From an uncultured Nitrososphaerota archaeon (GTDB lineage Archaea > Korarchaeota > Korarchaeia > Korarchaeales > Korarchaeaceae), in contig CAZUBM010000001.1 in NCBI GenBank assembly GCA_964618805.1, positions 96,001 to 160,000 of the forward strand: a stretch of DNA of 64,000 bases, read 5' to 3'. The notes under the pieces are model-generated. The model was not told the DNA's origin and did no database searches. It saw nothing but the letters and a program-made list of their open reading frames with translations. Both the position numbers and the translations under genes were made by a program. Positions 49,937 through 59,427 of this stretch are shown here, piece by piece. The first letter of the stretch is position 1; every line of letters starts with the position of its first letter.

Positions 49937-51799
49937 TCATGGGCTTAATGAGATCTCCAAAGCTTCAAGCCCGTCTATCACATAATCAAGGCCAGATTTC
50001 TTTAGCGTAGATTTTCTAGGAATCCCTCTTTCATCCCAACCCCTAATCTCGTAGTACCAACTTAGAAGCTTGTCATAAGCTCCTCTATCAAGCTTTGCTC
50101 CCTTCGAAGGCCCCTTGGTCAGCGGCTCCTCGAACCATCTTACTGGAGGATAATCAAGCTCCCTGCTCCATCCCCCGTACTCCCTAACCCAGAAAGCCCT
50201 TATCAGATTGTATATCCTGTCTGCTATTAACCAGAGATCCTCTAGAGTGTAATCTAGGCCTGTAGCTGCCTTTAGAAACTTTGGATACCATTCCAAGTTG
50301 AATCCGAGCTCAATCCAAGGCAATCTGCAGGTTACGGCTGATTCAAAGAAGCCACCCCTTATTCTTTGCATCTCTATCAGGCGCTCCACCTTCTCCTTTG
50401 TTATCAGGTCCCTTCCTAACTTCAGTTCCCACGCGATAAACCAGGCATCCTTATGATGAGCTCCTATTGGCGAGGTTCCGAAGGCTAGAGCCATGCCTGG
50501 AGCTGCATGACAGTCATAAGCTGTTATCTCTAGGCCTTTCACATGCATTGCAAATTTCTCAGATCCATTCCCCACTTTTGCAGAGAACCTCTTAACTCCC
50601 TCAGCCATCTGATCTCCTATGCCCTTTCTTGAAGCGACCATTTCTGCAAGCTCAAACATAGCTTGACCGTCTCCCCACTTCAAGTCAACGCCAACTTCCT
50701 CCTTGGAAAGGAGACCTTTCTCCATGCATTCTGTAGCAAATCCAAGAATGCTTCCCAACGTTATGGTGTCTATGCCCTCCTTATCCGCGAGAAGGTTTAG
50801 GTTTAGAGCCCAGTTGAAATCTCCTATTCCAAGATTAGAACCAAGCATTCCGATGTTCTCGTAATCTACTTCACAGATTTCTCCCTTATAGGGACCATCC
50901 CTTATCTCACACTGCATACCGCATTGCATGTTGCAGAAGGGACAACCTTTCTGCGAAACCTTGTATTCCTCCATCTTTGAACCGCTTATCCCCTTCCATT
51001 CGTCGAAAACCCCTTCCCTAAAGTTGTATGTCGGCAAGACGCTGTTGGTTTGGGACCATTCAATCGTCGCCATCGTCCCCTGTCTTACCCAGAAATCGTA
51101 GTTCTCCGCTGCCTTTATTTCAGCGTATCCCTCCTTTGCCATTTCCTTCAAACCTTCGGAATTTATGGCAGGGATCTCCTTTGTTCCCTTTATCACAACG
51201 GCTTTCAGGTTCTTACTACTCATAACAGCCCCCATACCAGTTCTGCCGCCAGCTCTACCTTTTTCAGAAACGATAACAGCAAACCTAACTAGCTTTTCAC
51301 CACCCGGGCCTATTACAAGGATACCAGCCATTCCATACTCCTCTTCCAGCAAATCCTGGACTTCGTAGGCGTTTCTACCCCATAGATCCGTAGCAGACTT
51401 TATCTCAACAGAATCATCTTCCACATAAAGCAGTGATGGCTCCTTTGCCTTTCCCTGTACTACAATTAGATCGTAACCAGCCTTTCTCAGCTGAACAGAA
51501 GCTCTTGTCCCAATGTTTCCGTCACCATACCCTCCTGTTAGCGGGGACTTGGCTGCGATAACAAGCTTACCGCTACTTGGGAGTGAAAAACCTGTTAGGG
51601 GCCCGGTTGCAAAAATAAGCCTGTTCTCAGGAGAAAAGGGATCAGTACCAGGCTTAAGTTCATCCCACAAAATTTTTACTGCCAGCCCCCTTCCTCCCAA
51701 GAGGTCAACTGCGTCCTTAGCGTCCAGGTTTTGAACGGTGTGCTTTCCGCTCGACAGGTCAACTCTAAGGATTCTACCTGTCCAGCCACCTCTAATCAT
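49937..51799 (-). CDS. aor: Tungsten aldehyde:ferredoxin oxidoreductase family
   Basis: GGRGL, KSPLTG, GRTGMGAVM.SKNLKA, CPFCNMQC, DTIT, YYEIRGWD. Confidence 0.95.
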   Translation of the reverse strand: MIRGGWTGRILRVDLSSGKHTVQNLDAKDAVDLLGGRGLAVKILWDELKPGTDPFSPENRLIFATGPLTGFSLPSSGKLVIAAKSPLTGGYGDGNIGTRASVQLRKAGYDLIVVQGKAKEPSLLYVEDDSVEIKSATDLWGRNAYEVQDLLEEEYGMAGILVIGPGGEKLVRFAVIVSEKGRAGGRTGMGAVMSSKNLKAVVIKGTKEIPAINSEGLKEMAKEGYAEIKAAENYDFWVRQGTMATIEWSQTNSVLPTYNFREGVFDEWKGISGSKMEEYKVSQKGCPFCNMQCGMQCEIRDGPYKGEICEVDYENIGMLGSNLGIGDFNWALNLNLLADKEGIDTITLGSILGFATECMEKGLLSKEEVGVDLKWGDGQAMFELAEMVASRKGIGDQMAEGVKRFSAKVGNGSEKFAMHVKGLEITAYDCHAAPGMALAFGTSPIGAHHKDAWFIAWELKLGRDLITKEKVERLIEMQRIRGGFFESAVTCRLPWIELGFNLEWYPKFLKAATGLDYTLEDLWLIADRIYNLIRAFWVREYGGWSRELDYPPVRWFEEPLTKGPSKGAKLDRGAYDKLLSWYYEIRGWDERGIPRKSTLKKSGLDYVIDGLEALEISLSP

Positions 51800-51957
51800 C
51801 TTAGGTCTGGCTTCTTTTTCAGAGATAAAATATAAACAATCTTGGATTCTTAAGCTCCCCCTTTCCTCTAAGTAATCCCCGGCCTTACTGTTAACGAAGA
51901 CAAACCATTTCTCTTTCTACTCTTGGCTCACATCTGAAGATTTATCGGATTTCACCT

Positions 51958-52884
51958 CTAACTGGATCCTTTTTCGCGAGAACAAATTTTCCTAAGGAAT
52001 CTTACATATGCTTCCATCCTATTGATAATGAGGATCGCTTTAGATGGTTTAACAACCCCTTGCTCTGTTATAATTGCTGTTATTAGTTCGGGAGGAACCA
52101 GGTCAAAACCCCTCTCAATTTCAGGCTTTTCTCCAAGATAGCTAAGGACGTTAAACTTAGCAGTTTCACAAAGGACATAAAACGGTAAATTGAGCCTTTT
52201 AGAGGCCTGAGCTAGCTTGTACGTTGGAGTTCCATTGATGAGGGATCCATCAAACAGAATGCTGTCAGCACCAACAAAGACCTTCTTCACTCTCTTTGCA
52301 TAAACGTTAATTGCGCTATCTGGAAAGACTTCTACTCGGATCCCATGACCTTCTAGCTTCTTTGCCATAAGTTGACCGTATGATCTGCCGGAGACATTTG
52401 ATTCCGCAACCATTAGGCTGAAGTCCTTTCCATCTCTTTTAGCTGCTTTGAATGTTTCACACAGGGTTGAGCTATAGCTGCAGGTCATAATCACGTCAAA
52501 ATCCTCAATTAAGCTAGCCCCATGCTTGGAAACTTTTCTAACGGCAAGTTCAGAGTTAAGAAGCAACTCCTCGATTTTTGAAGTGGCAACCTCCTTTAGA
52601 GAAGCTATATCTTCCCTTTCTCTTCCACTTTCCTCCCACCATTTGTTAATTTCATAAACAGCTCTAGCAATCAAATTCTGGATTGGTGACATGTTGGGCC
52701 TGGCCATAAAGAGCCTCCTACTGATCTCATTTATGCCTTCTAAAAAGACCTCAACCCTTTCCTCCTTGCTTACTTCTACAGCAAACTTGAGCACTAGCAG
52801 TGCTTCCCTAGCAAGTTCGCTTGCTCCTCTCCATCTATCAAGCCTTATTTGCTCTATTTTCTCAAGAATTTCTTTGTCTATCAT
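51958..52884 (-). CDS. aIF-2B / eIF-2B alpha-beta-delta family protein
   Basis: RGASELA, RPNM, TCSYSS, VGADS, NGTPT, FDLVP, IITE. Confidence 0.85.
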   Translation of the reverse strand: MIDKEILEKIEQIRLDRWRGASELAREALLVLKFAVEVSKEERVEVFLEGINEISRRLFMARPNMSPIQNLIARAVYEINKWWEESGREREDIASLKEVATSKIEELLLNSELAVRKVSKHGASLIEDFDVIMTCSYSSTLCETFKAAKRDGKDFSLMVAESNVSGRSYGQLMAKKLEGHGIRVEVFPDSAINVYAKRVKKVFVGADSILFDGSLINGTPTYKLAQASKRLNLPFYVLCETAKFNVLSYLGEKPEIERGFDLVPPELITAIITEQGVVKPSKAILIINRMEAYVRFLRKICSREKGSS

Positions 52885-53182
52885 GGTTCGACATCATAAA
52901 TTAATGGGAAACTAAAAGCATTCAATTTAAGCCATATATCATCCCCTTCTTCTCAAACGACCATTAAGAACCCCTTCCTCTTGAATCTCGATGCAAATTC
53001 CTTGGCTATGGTTAAAGCTCTTGAAACCTCACCTGACGTGAAGTCATTGAACTTCATGGTCTGAATATCCAATTTAGACTCTAAATAAAATGAGTGTGAG
53101 GATCTGAAAAATCTTAGGTATTTCAACGTGCTGAGTTTAAATTTCCCTACGGTATTGTTATCAAGGGATTTTCCTGCGTATA

Positions 53183-53404
53183 TTGCCTGATGGGTGTCCA
53201 ATCTGCAGGAGAAAGATGGAGAAGGGATATGTGGTAACCTCGGACCCATCAATTTATTGGAGCGAGAAGCCTGTAAGGTTTGCATTTTGGAAGGCAGAGG
53301 TCATTGTTGCTGGGCGTTTTAGGCTGCTTCCTGCAAATGCCGAAGCTTATAGGTGTAGGAATTGTAAGATAGTTTTGTTCAGTTACGGGAAGAAGGAATT
53401 TTGA
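53183..53404 (+). CDS. Small zinc-ribbon protein (DUF6487/PF20097-like)
   Basis: CPIC..MEKGY...AYRCRNCK. Confidence 0.75.
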   Translation: MPDGCPICRRKMEKGYVVTSDPSIYWSEKPVRFAFWKAEVIVAGRFRLLPANAEAYRCRNCKIVLFSYGKKEF

Positions 53405-53445
53405 GCCTTGTAAGCACATTTGGTGAATCATGCTTGAATCAGCTC

Positions 53446-54222
53446 TCATGGATGGCTGGGTTTTGATCGCAACACACGGTACCAGTAGGTGTAGATTGTC
53501 TTGAATCCAAGAGATCTGTAAAGTGCGAGTGCTGGCTTGTTTTCTACTTGGACCTGTAAGAATGCTCTACGAGCTCCGAGGCTTTTTGCCCAGGAGCCAA
53601 GTGCTTGGCTTATAGCCGTTCCAACGCCTCTTCTACGAAATCGGGGGATTGTCCAGATTGCAAACAAACCCAACCAATCGTTCTCTAGCACACCAAGACC
53701 TACTCCTACTACGTTATCACCAATTATTGCCCTAGCGAACCCCTTCTTGGCCCTAATTCGTTTCATGATACTGATTCTTAATCGAAGTTCTCGCTCTGAA
53801 AACCTGCCACCAGCGTTATAAGCCTCTACCCATCCGGGTGTGAGCGCCTCATCAACTACAACATCTACTCTTGGGTTTATTGAGGAAAGGGCTTCGATGG
53901 GAGCAGTCATGACGTATGTGTCCTTTTCCCTAGTAAAGCCAACCTTCTCCAAGGTTCTGTCTAGCTCAGGAGGCCTGCTTGCTTGAGTTAGCTTGAATAT
54001 TGGGAGCAGCCTCCTCCGCTCGTAAAATCGTATCGCAACCCCAATGGCCTCACTCAACATAACCCTGCCCTTCCAATAAAGAGGAAGAACGCTGTTTGCT
54101 CTCCAAGTAACACCTTCGTTTGCCCTCAGGATCCAACCATTGAGCTCTTCGCTTTCACGAGCAGGCCACATGTGGCTGGAAATAACCTCAAGGCTAGTCA
54201 CGACCGAAGGGCAACCTCGCAA
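53446..54222 (-). CDS. GNAT acetyltransferase
   Basis: GWILRA..G.T.RANSV, RFRRRGVG, N.PALALY.SLGF. Confidence 0.88.
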   Translation of the reverse strand: MRGCPSVVTSLEVISSHMWPARESEELNGWILRANEGVTWRANSVLPLYWKGRVMLSEAIGVAIRFYERRRLLPIFKLTQASRPPELDRTLEKVGFTREKDTYVMTAPIEALSSINPRVDVVVDEALTPGWVEAYNAGGRFSERELRLRISIMKRIRAKKGFARAIIGDNVVGVGLGVLENDWLGLFAIWTIPRFRRRGVGTAISQALGSWAKSLGARRAFLQVQVENKPALALYRSLGFKTIYTYWYRVLRSKPSHP

Positions 54223-54226
54223 TACT

Positions 54227-54973
54227 TCAAGCCCCCTTAAATAGGATCCTCCTGAGGTTATCTCCCAAGATCTTCCTCAGGACCTCCGGCTCTAAGCCAG
54301 CCAACTCTATCCTCCTTAGTTCGATTTGTGCAACATCAATTGGGGAGTCTGACGCAAAGATGAGCCTATCTAGATCGAACTCCTCTGCAAATCCTAGCTT
54401 GAAGAACAGAGTTGGAAAGGGTCGCGTCAACAGGTAAAGGTTGTTGCGTTCCCGAGCAGCTCTAGGCGCTCTGATGCTCATTGAAGTGATGAAATTGACG
54501 CTCTCAAACTTAGAGGCGAGGTCTGCCACGTACTCTGGTGGACAGAAGATGGAGTCACCAGAATGGACGTATACTGGACGGCCTAATTCCTCAGCTACCT
54601 TCACAACTGGTTCAACAACCTGGCTCCTCAGGAAGTATCCATCGTTGGTTGGATCCAGCTGAATACCAACGAAACCCTCAACATCTAAAGCATCCCTAGC
54701 CCTTTCCTCTTCCTTCTCAAGTTGTGGGTTGGCATGATAAAGGGGTATTAGCCTATTTGGATGCTTCTTTGCTGCTTCCATCACGAACTCGTTTGCATCT
54801 TCGTAGAAAGGACCTGGGGGCGGTGCAACGATAACTGATGCCTCAATTCCTAGCTTGTCCATCTCAGCAAGAAGATCATCAACCTTTTGCTCCATGAAAA
54901 TCGACTTTCCTACGAACACATGACCATCTATGATCCTCATTTCCTTCCTGGCTGCTGCATTTGCTTCCTTCAT
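54227..54973 (-). CDS. Amidohydrolase_2 family protein with degenerate metal site
   Basis: IIDGHVF, GIQLDP, VHSG, FASDSP. Confidence 0.85.
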   Translation of the reverse strand: MKEANAAARKEMRIIDGHVFVGKSIFMEQKVDDLLAEMDKLGIEASVIVAPPPGPFYEDANEFVMEAAKKHPNRLIPLYHANPQLEKEEERARDALDVEGFVGIQLDPTNDGYFLRSQVVEPVVKVAEELGRPVYVHSGDSIFCPPEYVADLASKFESVNFITSMSIRAPRAARERNNLYLLTRPFPTLFFKLGFAEEFDLDRLIFASDSPIDVAQIELRRIELAGLEPEVLRKILGDNLRRILFKGA

Positions 54974-54980
54974 TTTCTCA

Positions 54981-55742
54981 TCAACCCCCTTTAATTCCCA
55001 AGATACGGGCCATGTTTAGGCCCAAAATCAATTCCTTCTCTTTTTCAGAGATCTTACACAGTCTAACGCTCATTATTGAGATCTCTGGAATGCCAAATGG
55101 CATATCTGACCCATAAACAACCCTATCAGCCCCTACCCGCTCGACTGCCCTCCTTATCTCCCTTGGGGTGTGGAAAGAAGTCTCCAGAATGACGTTGTCA
55201 AACCACCTTGCAACCAAGATGGCGTCTTCATACAGCCTCTTTCCCATGTGTCCTACAATGATTGTGACCTCCGGAAAGGTGTCAGCGAGGTCTCCAACTA
55301 ACGTGGGCTGTGCAAAGCCGTACGTGTCCGGATCTCCTGTGTGAAAGAGTAAAGGTACCTTTAGCTTGCTTGTCAGCTCTGCTATCGGAAAGACAAGCTT
55401 CTCACTGTTAATTGGAAAAGCCTCGTTTCTGGGATGGAGTTTTATTCCTTTGAACCCCTTATGCTTGACGCCATCTTCAATACTTCTTAAAGCATGCTCT
55501 AAGAAGTGCGGGTTCACCCTTATGAACCCAAATATCCTATTTGGCGCTTTTTTCATAGCCTCTGAGATGAAAGCATTTGCCTCATCGTATTTTCTGTCTG
55601 CCCCAATTGAGGATAAGGGAGGTGTAGTGACAACAGCGTCAATACCATTTGCATCCATCACAGAAAGAAGTTCCTCCACGCTATTTGGAGGTAGACCTTT
55701 CTCAGGGCCTGCAAAATGGGTGTGCCCATCGATTATTACCAT
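54981..55742 (-). CDS. Amidohydrolase_2 family protein
   Basis: IIDGHTH, GIKLHP, FHTG, GHMG, YGSDMP. Confidence 0.92.
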   Translation of the reverse strand: MVIIDGHTHFAGPEKGLPPNSVEELLSVMDANGIDAVVTTPPLSSIGADRKYDEANAFISEAMKKAPNRIFGFIRVNPHFLEHALRSIEDGVKHKGFKGIKLHPRNEAFPINSEKLVFPIAELTSKLKVPLLFHTGDPDTYGFAQPTLVGDLADTFPEVTIIVGHMGKRLYEDAILVARWFDNVILETSFHTPREIRRAVERVGADRVVYGSDMPFGIPEISIMSVRLCKISEKEKELILGLNMARILGIKGG

Positions 55743-55838
55743 AACAACCCTTAAACCTCAAATAAATGATTTATTTTAAATGACGTGGAACTAGGGTTCT
55801 TTTCAAGAAAACAGGTCTAACGAAGGTTTAATTCACCT

Positions 55839-56648
55839 ATGAAATATACAATCTATTGGTGCCTCTATATGCGGCATAACGAGATGGCATCCAAACGCAG
55901 ATTGCCAACAAGTTATAGAATAGTGATGTGCGACAAAAATAAAGCTCTAGACGCCTTCCCCAGGTTATTATCAGAGACTGGGTTTGAACCTGAGGAATAT
56001 GACCTCGTCCTAATAAAGCCGAACTTATGCGGTATGTACTATCCTGAAACCTCACTTGTAGAGAAAACTATAGAGTTTTTTGAGCCTAGGGCTAGAAAGA
56101 TCGTCATCGGAGAGACTAAAAGCATGATCCACACCCCAGAAAGGCAGTTTAAACGCTTCGGAATATATGACATGATTAAACGATTTGGTGAAAAGGTCAT
56201 AGCCATGGATCTCATGGAAGACGATATCCTGGATTTAGAAATCCCTTTTCCGCATGCAGTCAGCAAGCTACCGATACCAAAGCTAGTAAAAGAATGCGAT
56301 CTTCTCATAAACATACCAGAAGTGGGAAAACACTCTGACACACTGCTTACATGCGCTTTGAAGAACCTTTTCGGTTTGCTGGCAGAGGGCAATAAGTACG
56401 GAGTCTATCATCCGTTAGGGGTCGACAATGTAATTGCGGACTTGATGAAGGTAGTGAGATGTGACCTGAACATAGTTGACGCTGGGGAAAAGGTGATAGT
56501 TGGAGTTGATCCCCTTCCAGTAGATGTATTGGCGTGTCGCTTCGTGGGCTTGAATCCGTTGAAAGTCAGGCACTTAAGGCTTATCTCTAAAGATAGAAAT
56601 CTGAGACTTGAAGACGTTTTAAATCGATTGCAAATAATTGAATTGTAA
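55839..56648 (+). CDS. DUF362 domain protein
   Basis: VLIKPN, INIP..KH, ALKNLFG, DPLPVD. Confidence 0.82.
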   Translation: MKYTIYWCLYMRHNEMASKRRLPTSYRIVMCDKNKALDAFPRLLSETGFEPEEYDLVLIKPNLCGMYYPETSLVEKTIEFFEPRARKIVIGETKSMIHTPERQFKRFGIYDMIKRFGEKVIAMDLMEDDILDLEIPFPHAVSKLPIPKLVKECDLLINIPEVGKHSDTLLTCALKNLFGLLAEGNKYGVYHPLGVDNVIADLMKVVRCDLNIVDAGEKVIVGVDPLPVDVLACRFVGLNPLKVRHLRLISKDRNLRLEDVLNRLQIIEL

Positions 56649-56734
56649 CTTAACTCTGAAAGGCTGTCATCATATAAGACATAGAATAATAACTAGAATG
56701 GTCCTAGCCTTCAGGTTTGCGATTTAATATCAAG

Positions 56735-57749
56735 TTATCCATTACCTTTCTCTTTACGCTTCTTCTTTCCCTTCTCCCAGCCTTTTCCCCTCTTTTTACC
56801 TTTTCCCTTCCATCCTTCCTCATCTTCAGGTAGACCTTCACTTCCTTCAATCTGTTTCTCCTTGCCTCTTATTTTGTCCCAATGTTTCTCATGGGCAACT
56901 GCTTTTTTCATCTCCCTTAAGATCTCCTTAATCTTCCTCACATCACCTTTAGCCTTAGCCTCGTTGAATTCCTTAGTGAGGTTTGTGATCTCTGACGCAA
57001 CATCCTCCGGTATAGCACTAAGATTCATCCTCGAAAGAGTCCTATTGAGCATTTTCTCAGCTTTAGCTATCTGGCAGCACTTCACAATTTCCTTTCTCAT
57101 CTCGGCTCTAATTCTATTAGCTTCTGCCAGCATCCTTGCAGCTTCGCTGGCATTATAGAAAGCAATGATGGAAGCGTTCTCCAGTATCATCGATGCGTTT
57201 TGGTAAAGCTGCTTGAATAAGCTTAGGTTTAGATTGGTCTCATTTAGGTACTTTATCTTCTGAATGCTAAGATTTAACTTATAGAGCAGCCTCTTGTGCC
57301 TTTCAAACGCTATCTGAAGCCTTCTTATGGATCCAACAGGAGTAGAGGTTAAGTTTGAGGAAATCTCGCATTTATGAACCTCTTTTAAGACAATTTTGAG
57401 CAGATTTAATGCCTTTTTAGTTGTAAACGAGATCTGAGAGCAATTCGCTTCCCCTAGAGACGAGTTTGCCTTTAATGCCATGGAATAACTCAAGTTTAGA
57501 ATGTCTCCAATGCTCATGGTCTTGCTTAGGTTCATTTCTAAACCATGGATGCCGGGAACTGAAATGTTTTCCTCCAGGCTCAGATTAGACGATTCTACTT
57601 TGCTTAATACGAAATCATAGGCTCTAAATTGATAACAACTCCTGTGCAATTTCACATTGGTTACTTGCTTCATCCTCAGCTACAGGATGTGAGATTGGAA
57701 CGAGGAGTAGAACCATTGCAAAGGCCAAGGACACCTTCCTTGCATCCAT
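56735..57749 (-). pseudogene. Secreted helical glycoprotein with Lys/Gly-rich tail, frameshifted near 57625
   Basis: ATG at 57749 gives signal peptide MDARKVSLAFAMVLLLVP...ELLSI*; the body continues in another frame; about 16 N-x-S/T sequons. Confidence 0.72.
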
Positions 57750-57790
57750 CTTAGATCCTCATACATATCTTATGGATTCATCGCATTTAA

Positions 57791-57870
57791 GGGAAGGTTC
57801 CGGGAGGAAATGGGATGAAAATGGAAGAGATTGGGAGAAAATGCAAGGAAATGAGACCATTTGAAACACA
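57791..57870. promoter_or_regulatory. Array of about 7 phased 10-bp repeats directly upstream of the TATA box
   Basis: + strand cgggaggaaa tgggatgaaa atggaagaga ttgggagaaa atgcaaggaa atgagaccat ttgaaac, next to atttaag. Confidence 0.65.
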
Positions 57871-58083
57871 AAGAAATCTTAGCATTAGTTAAGGGTATAT
57901 TATATCTCTAGCTTCTTATCTTAAGAATGCTCTCTGTAAGCACGTGATTACATGGCTTCACAGGATGAGGAAAGAAATTATTAAGGCAAGATTTCTTCCT
58001 ATTTGAAGGAAGATCTCATAAGAAGATCTGATGTTGTTAAGGGAGCTAATATCACTAATATTAGGTTAATATTGTATGTTCTC

Positions 58084-58785
58084 TCATTCTCGTTTTCTCT
58101 CTTCTATTCTCTCAATCCTCCCATCTCGCATGTAGACCACTCGATCGCTCACTCCAATCATCTTAAGGTCGTGAGTGGCAGCAATTATGGTTACACCACG
58201 CTTCCTGTTTAATTCTCGAAGGAGGTTTATGATCTCCCTTCCAGTTTTGAAGTCCAGATTTCCAGTAGGTTCATCTGCCAGTATGATGGCAGGATCGTTG
58301 ACCATTGCCCTAGCAATAGCTACCCTTTGCTGCTGACCGGCTGAGAGCTCAGATGGTTTATGATCTAACCTGTCTCCTAAGCCAACCGACCTAAGGATAA
58401 TCTCAGCCTTCCTCCTGCCTTCATCCCTTGGAAGCCCTGCAAAGATCGTAGGTAGTGCCACATTCTCTAGGGCTGTCAGGGTTGGTATTAGGTTAAACGT
58501 CTGGAAGATATACCCTATCTTCCTACAACGAAGCCAAGCTAGCTCATAGGCGTCAAGCTGGGATATATCAACATCATCTATGATGACCTTTCCTCTCGTT
58601 GGCCTGTCCAGGCCGCCTATCATGTTGAAGAGAGTTGTCTTTCCAACTCCAGAAGGACCTACGATCGAGAGGTACTCACCCCTGCGAACCTCAAGATCCA
58701 CGCCATCTAGTGCCTTAATTATCTCTCCTCCTAGCTCATAATAGCGAGCCAAATCTATTGTTTTGATTATGATGTCAGATCTCAT
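58084..58785 (-). CDS. ABC ATPase, LolD/MacB-type
   Basis: GPSGVGKTT, IGYIFQTFNL, LSAGQQQR, LADEPTGNLD, ATHD. Confidence 0.95.
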   Translation of the reverse strand: MRSDIIIKTIDLARYYELGGEIIKALDGVDLEVRRGEYLSIVGPSGVGKTTLFNMIGGLDRPTRGKVIIDDVDISQLDAYELAWLRCRKIGYIFQTFNLIPTLTALENVALPTIFAGLPRDEGRRKAEIILRSVGLGDRLDHKPSELSAGQQQRVAIARAMVNDPAIILADEPTGNLDFKTGREIINLLRELNRKRGVTIIAATHDLKMIGVSDRVVYMRDGRIERIEERKRE

Positions 58786-59383
58786 ATCTCAAAGCCTCCA
58801 CGGGGTCCAATTTTGCTGCTTTGTAGGCAGGATAAATCGTAGCAATCGCACTTAAGGTAATGGAGAGGAGGATAACCTTACCTAATAGGATGAGGAGAAC
58901 GGTCATAGGAAGTTCAAGCACTACGTGAAAGCCCATTGATAAGCCGCAAGCTAAAATTGAAGCTACTATACCAATTCCAAAGCCAAAAGTTCCACCTAGG
59001 ATTGCTAAAATGATTGATTCCACGAGAAAGAGCTTTAGTACGTGCTGATCGAGGGCTCCTAGACATTTCATCGTCCCTATTTCCCTATATCTCTCGTATA
59101 CGGCTATGAGCATTGAGTTTGTTATACTTATGGTGCATACGGCAAGTGAAACGAGGACAAGCCCATATTGATAGCCCTCAACCCCTAAGGCTCCTCCCCC
59201 AGCTTGAGCATGAAGCTTAAAGAAGACGTCCATGAGAGAAAGCGTGGAGAAGAAGGCTATGCCCAGCATTATGGCTGCGATGCTTAGAACTGCTCTGTTG
59301 AAGCGCCTTTTCACATTATCATATCCTAGCCTTAAGGCATCTGCTAGGCTGAAGGTTATCCTCCCCTCTTCCTTTATACTCAT
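58775..59383 (-). CDS. Small FtsX/MacB-like permease
   Basis: ERYREIGTMKCLGA, YPAYKAAKLDPVEALR. Confidence 0.92.
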   Translation of the reverse strand: MSIKEEGRITFSLADALRLGYDNVKRRFNRAVLSIAAIMLGIAFFSTLSLMDVFFKLHAQAGGGALGVEGYQYGLVLVSLAVCTISITNSMLIAVYERYREIGTMKCLGALDQHVLKLFLVESIILAILGGTFGFGIGIVASILACGLSMGFHVVLELPMTVLLILLGKVILLSITLSAIATIYPAYKAAKLDPVEALRYEI

Positions 59384-59427
59384 CTAAACACCCTCCCATT
59401 TCAAATTCAAATGCACGAACAAATTGA

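Noticed and set aside
13087-57749. Pyrrolysine or selenocysteine readthrough explaining TAG/TGA stops in broken genes
   Set aside because: The broken genes I examined closely (DUF3795, 57749, 8420) need frame changes, so readthrough alone would not restore them.
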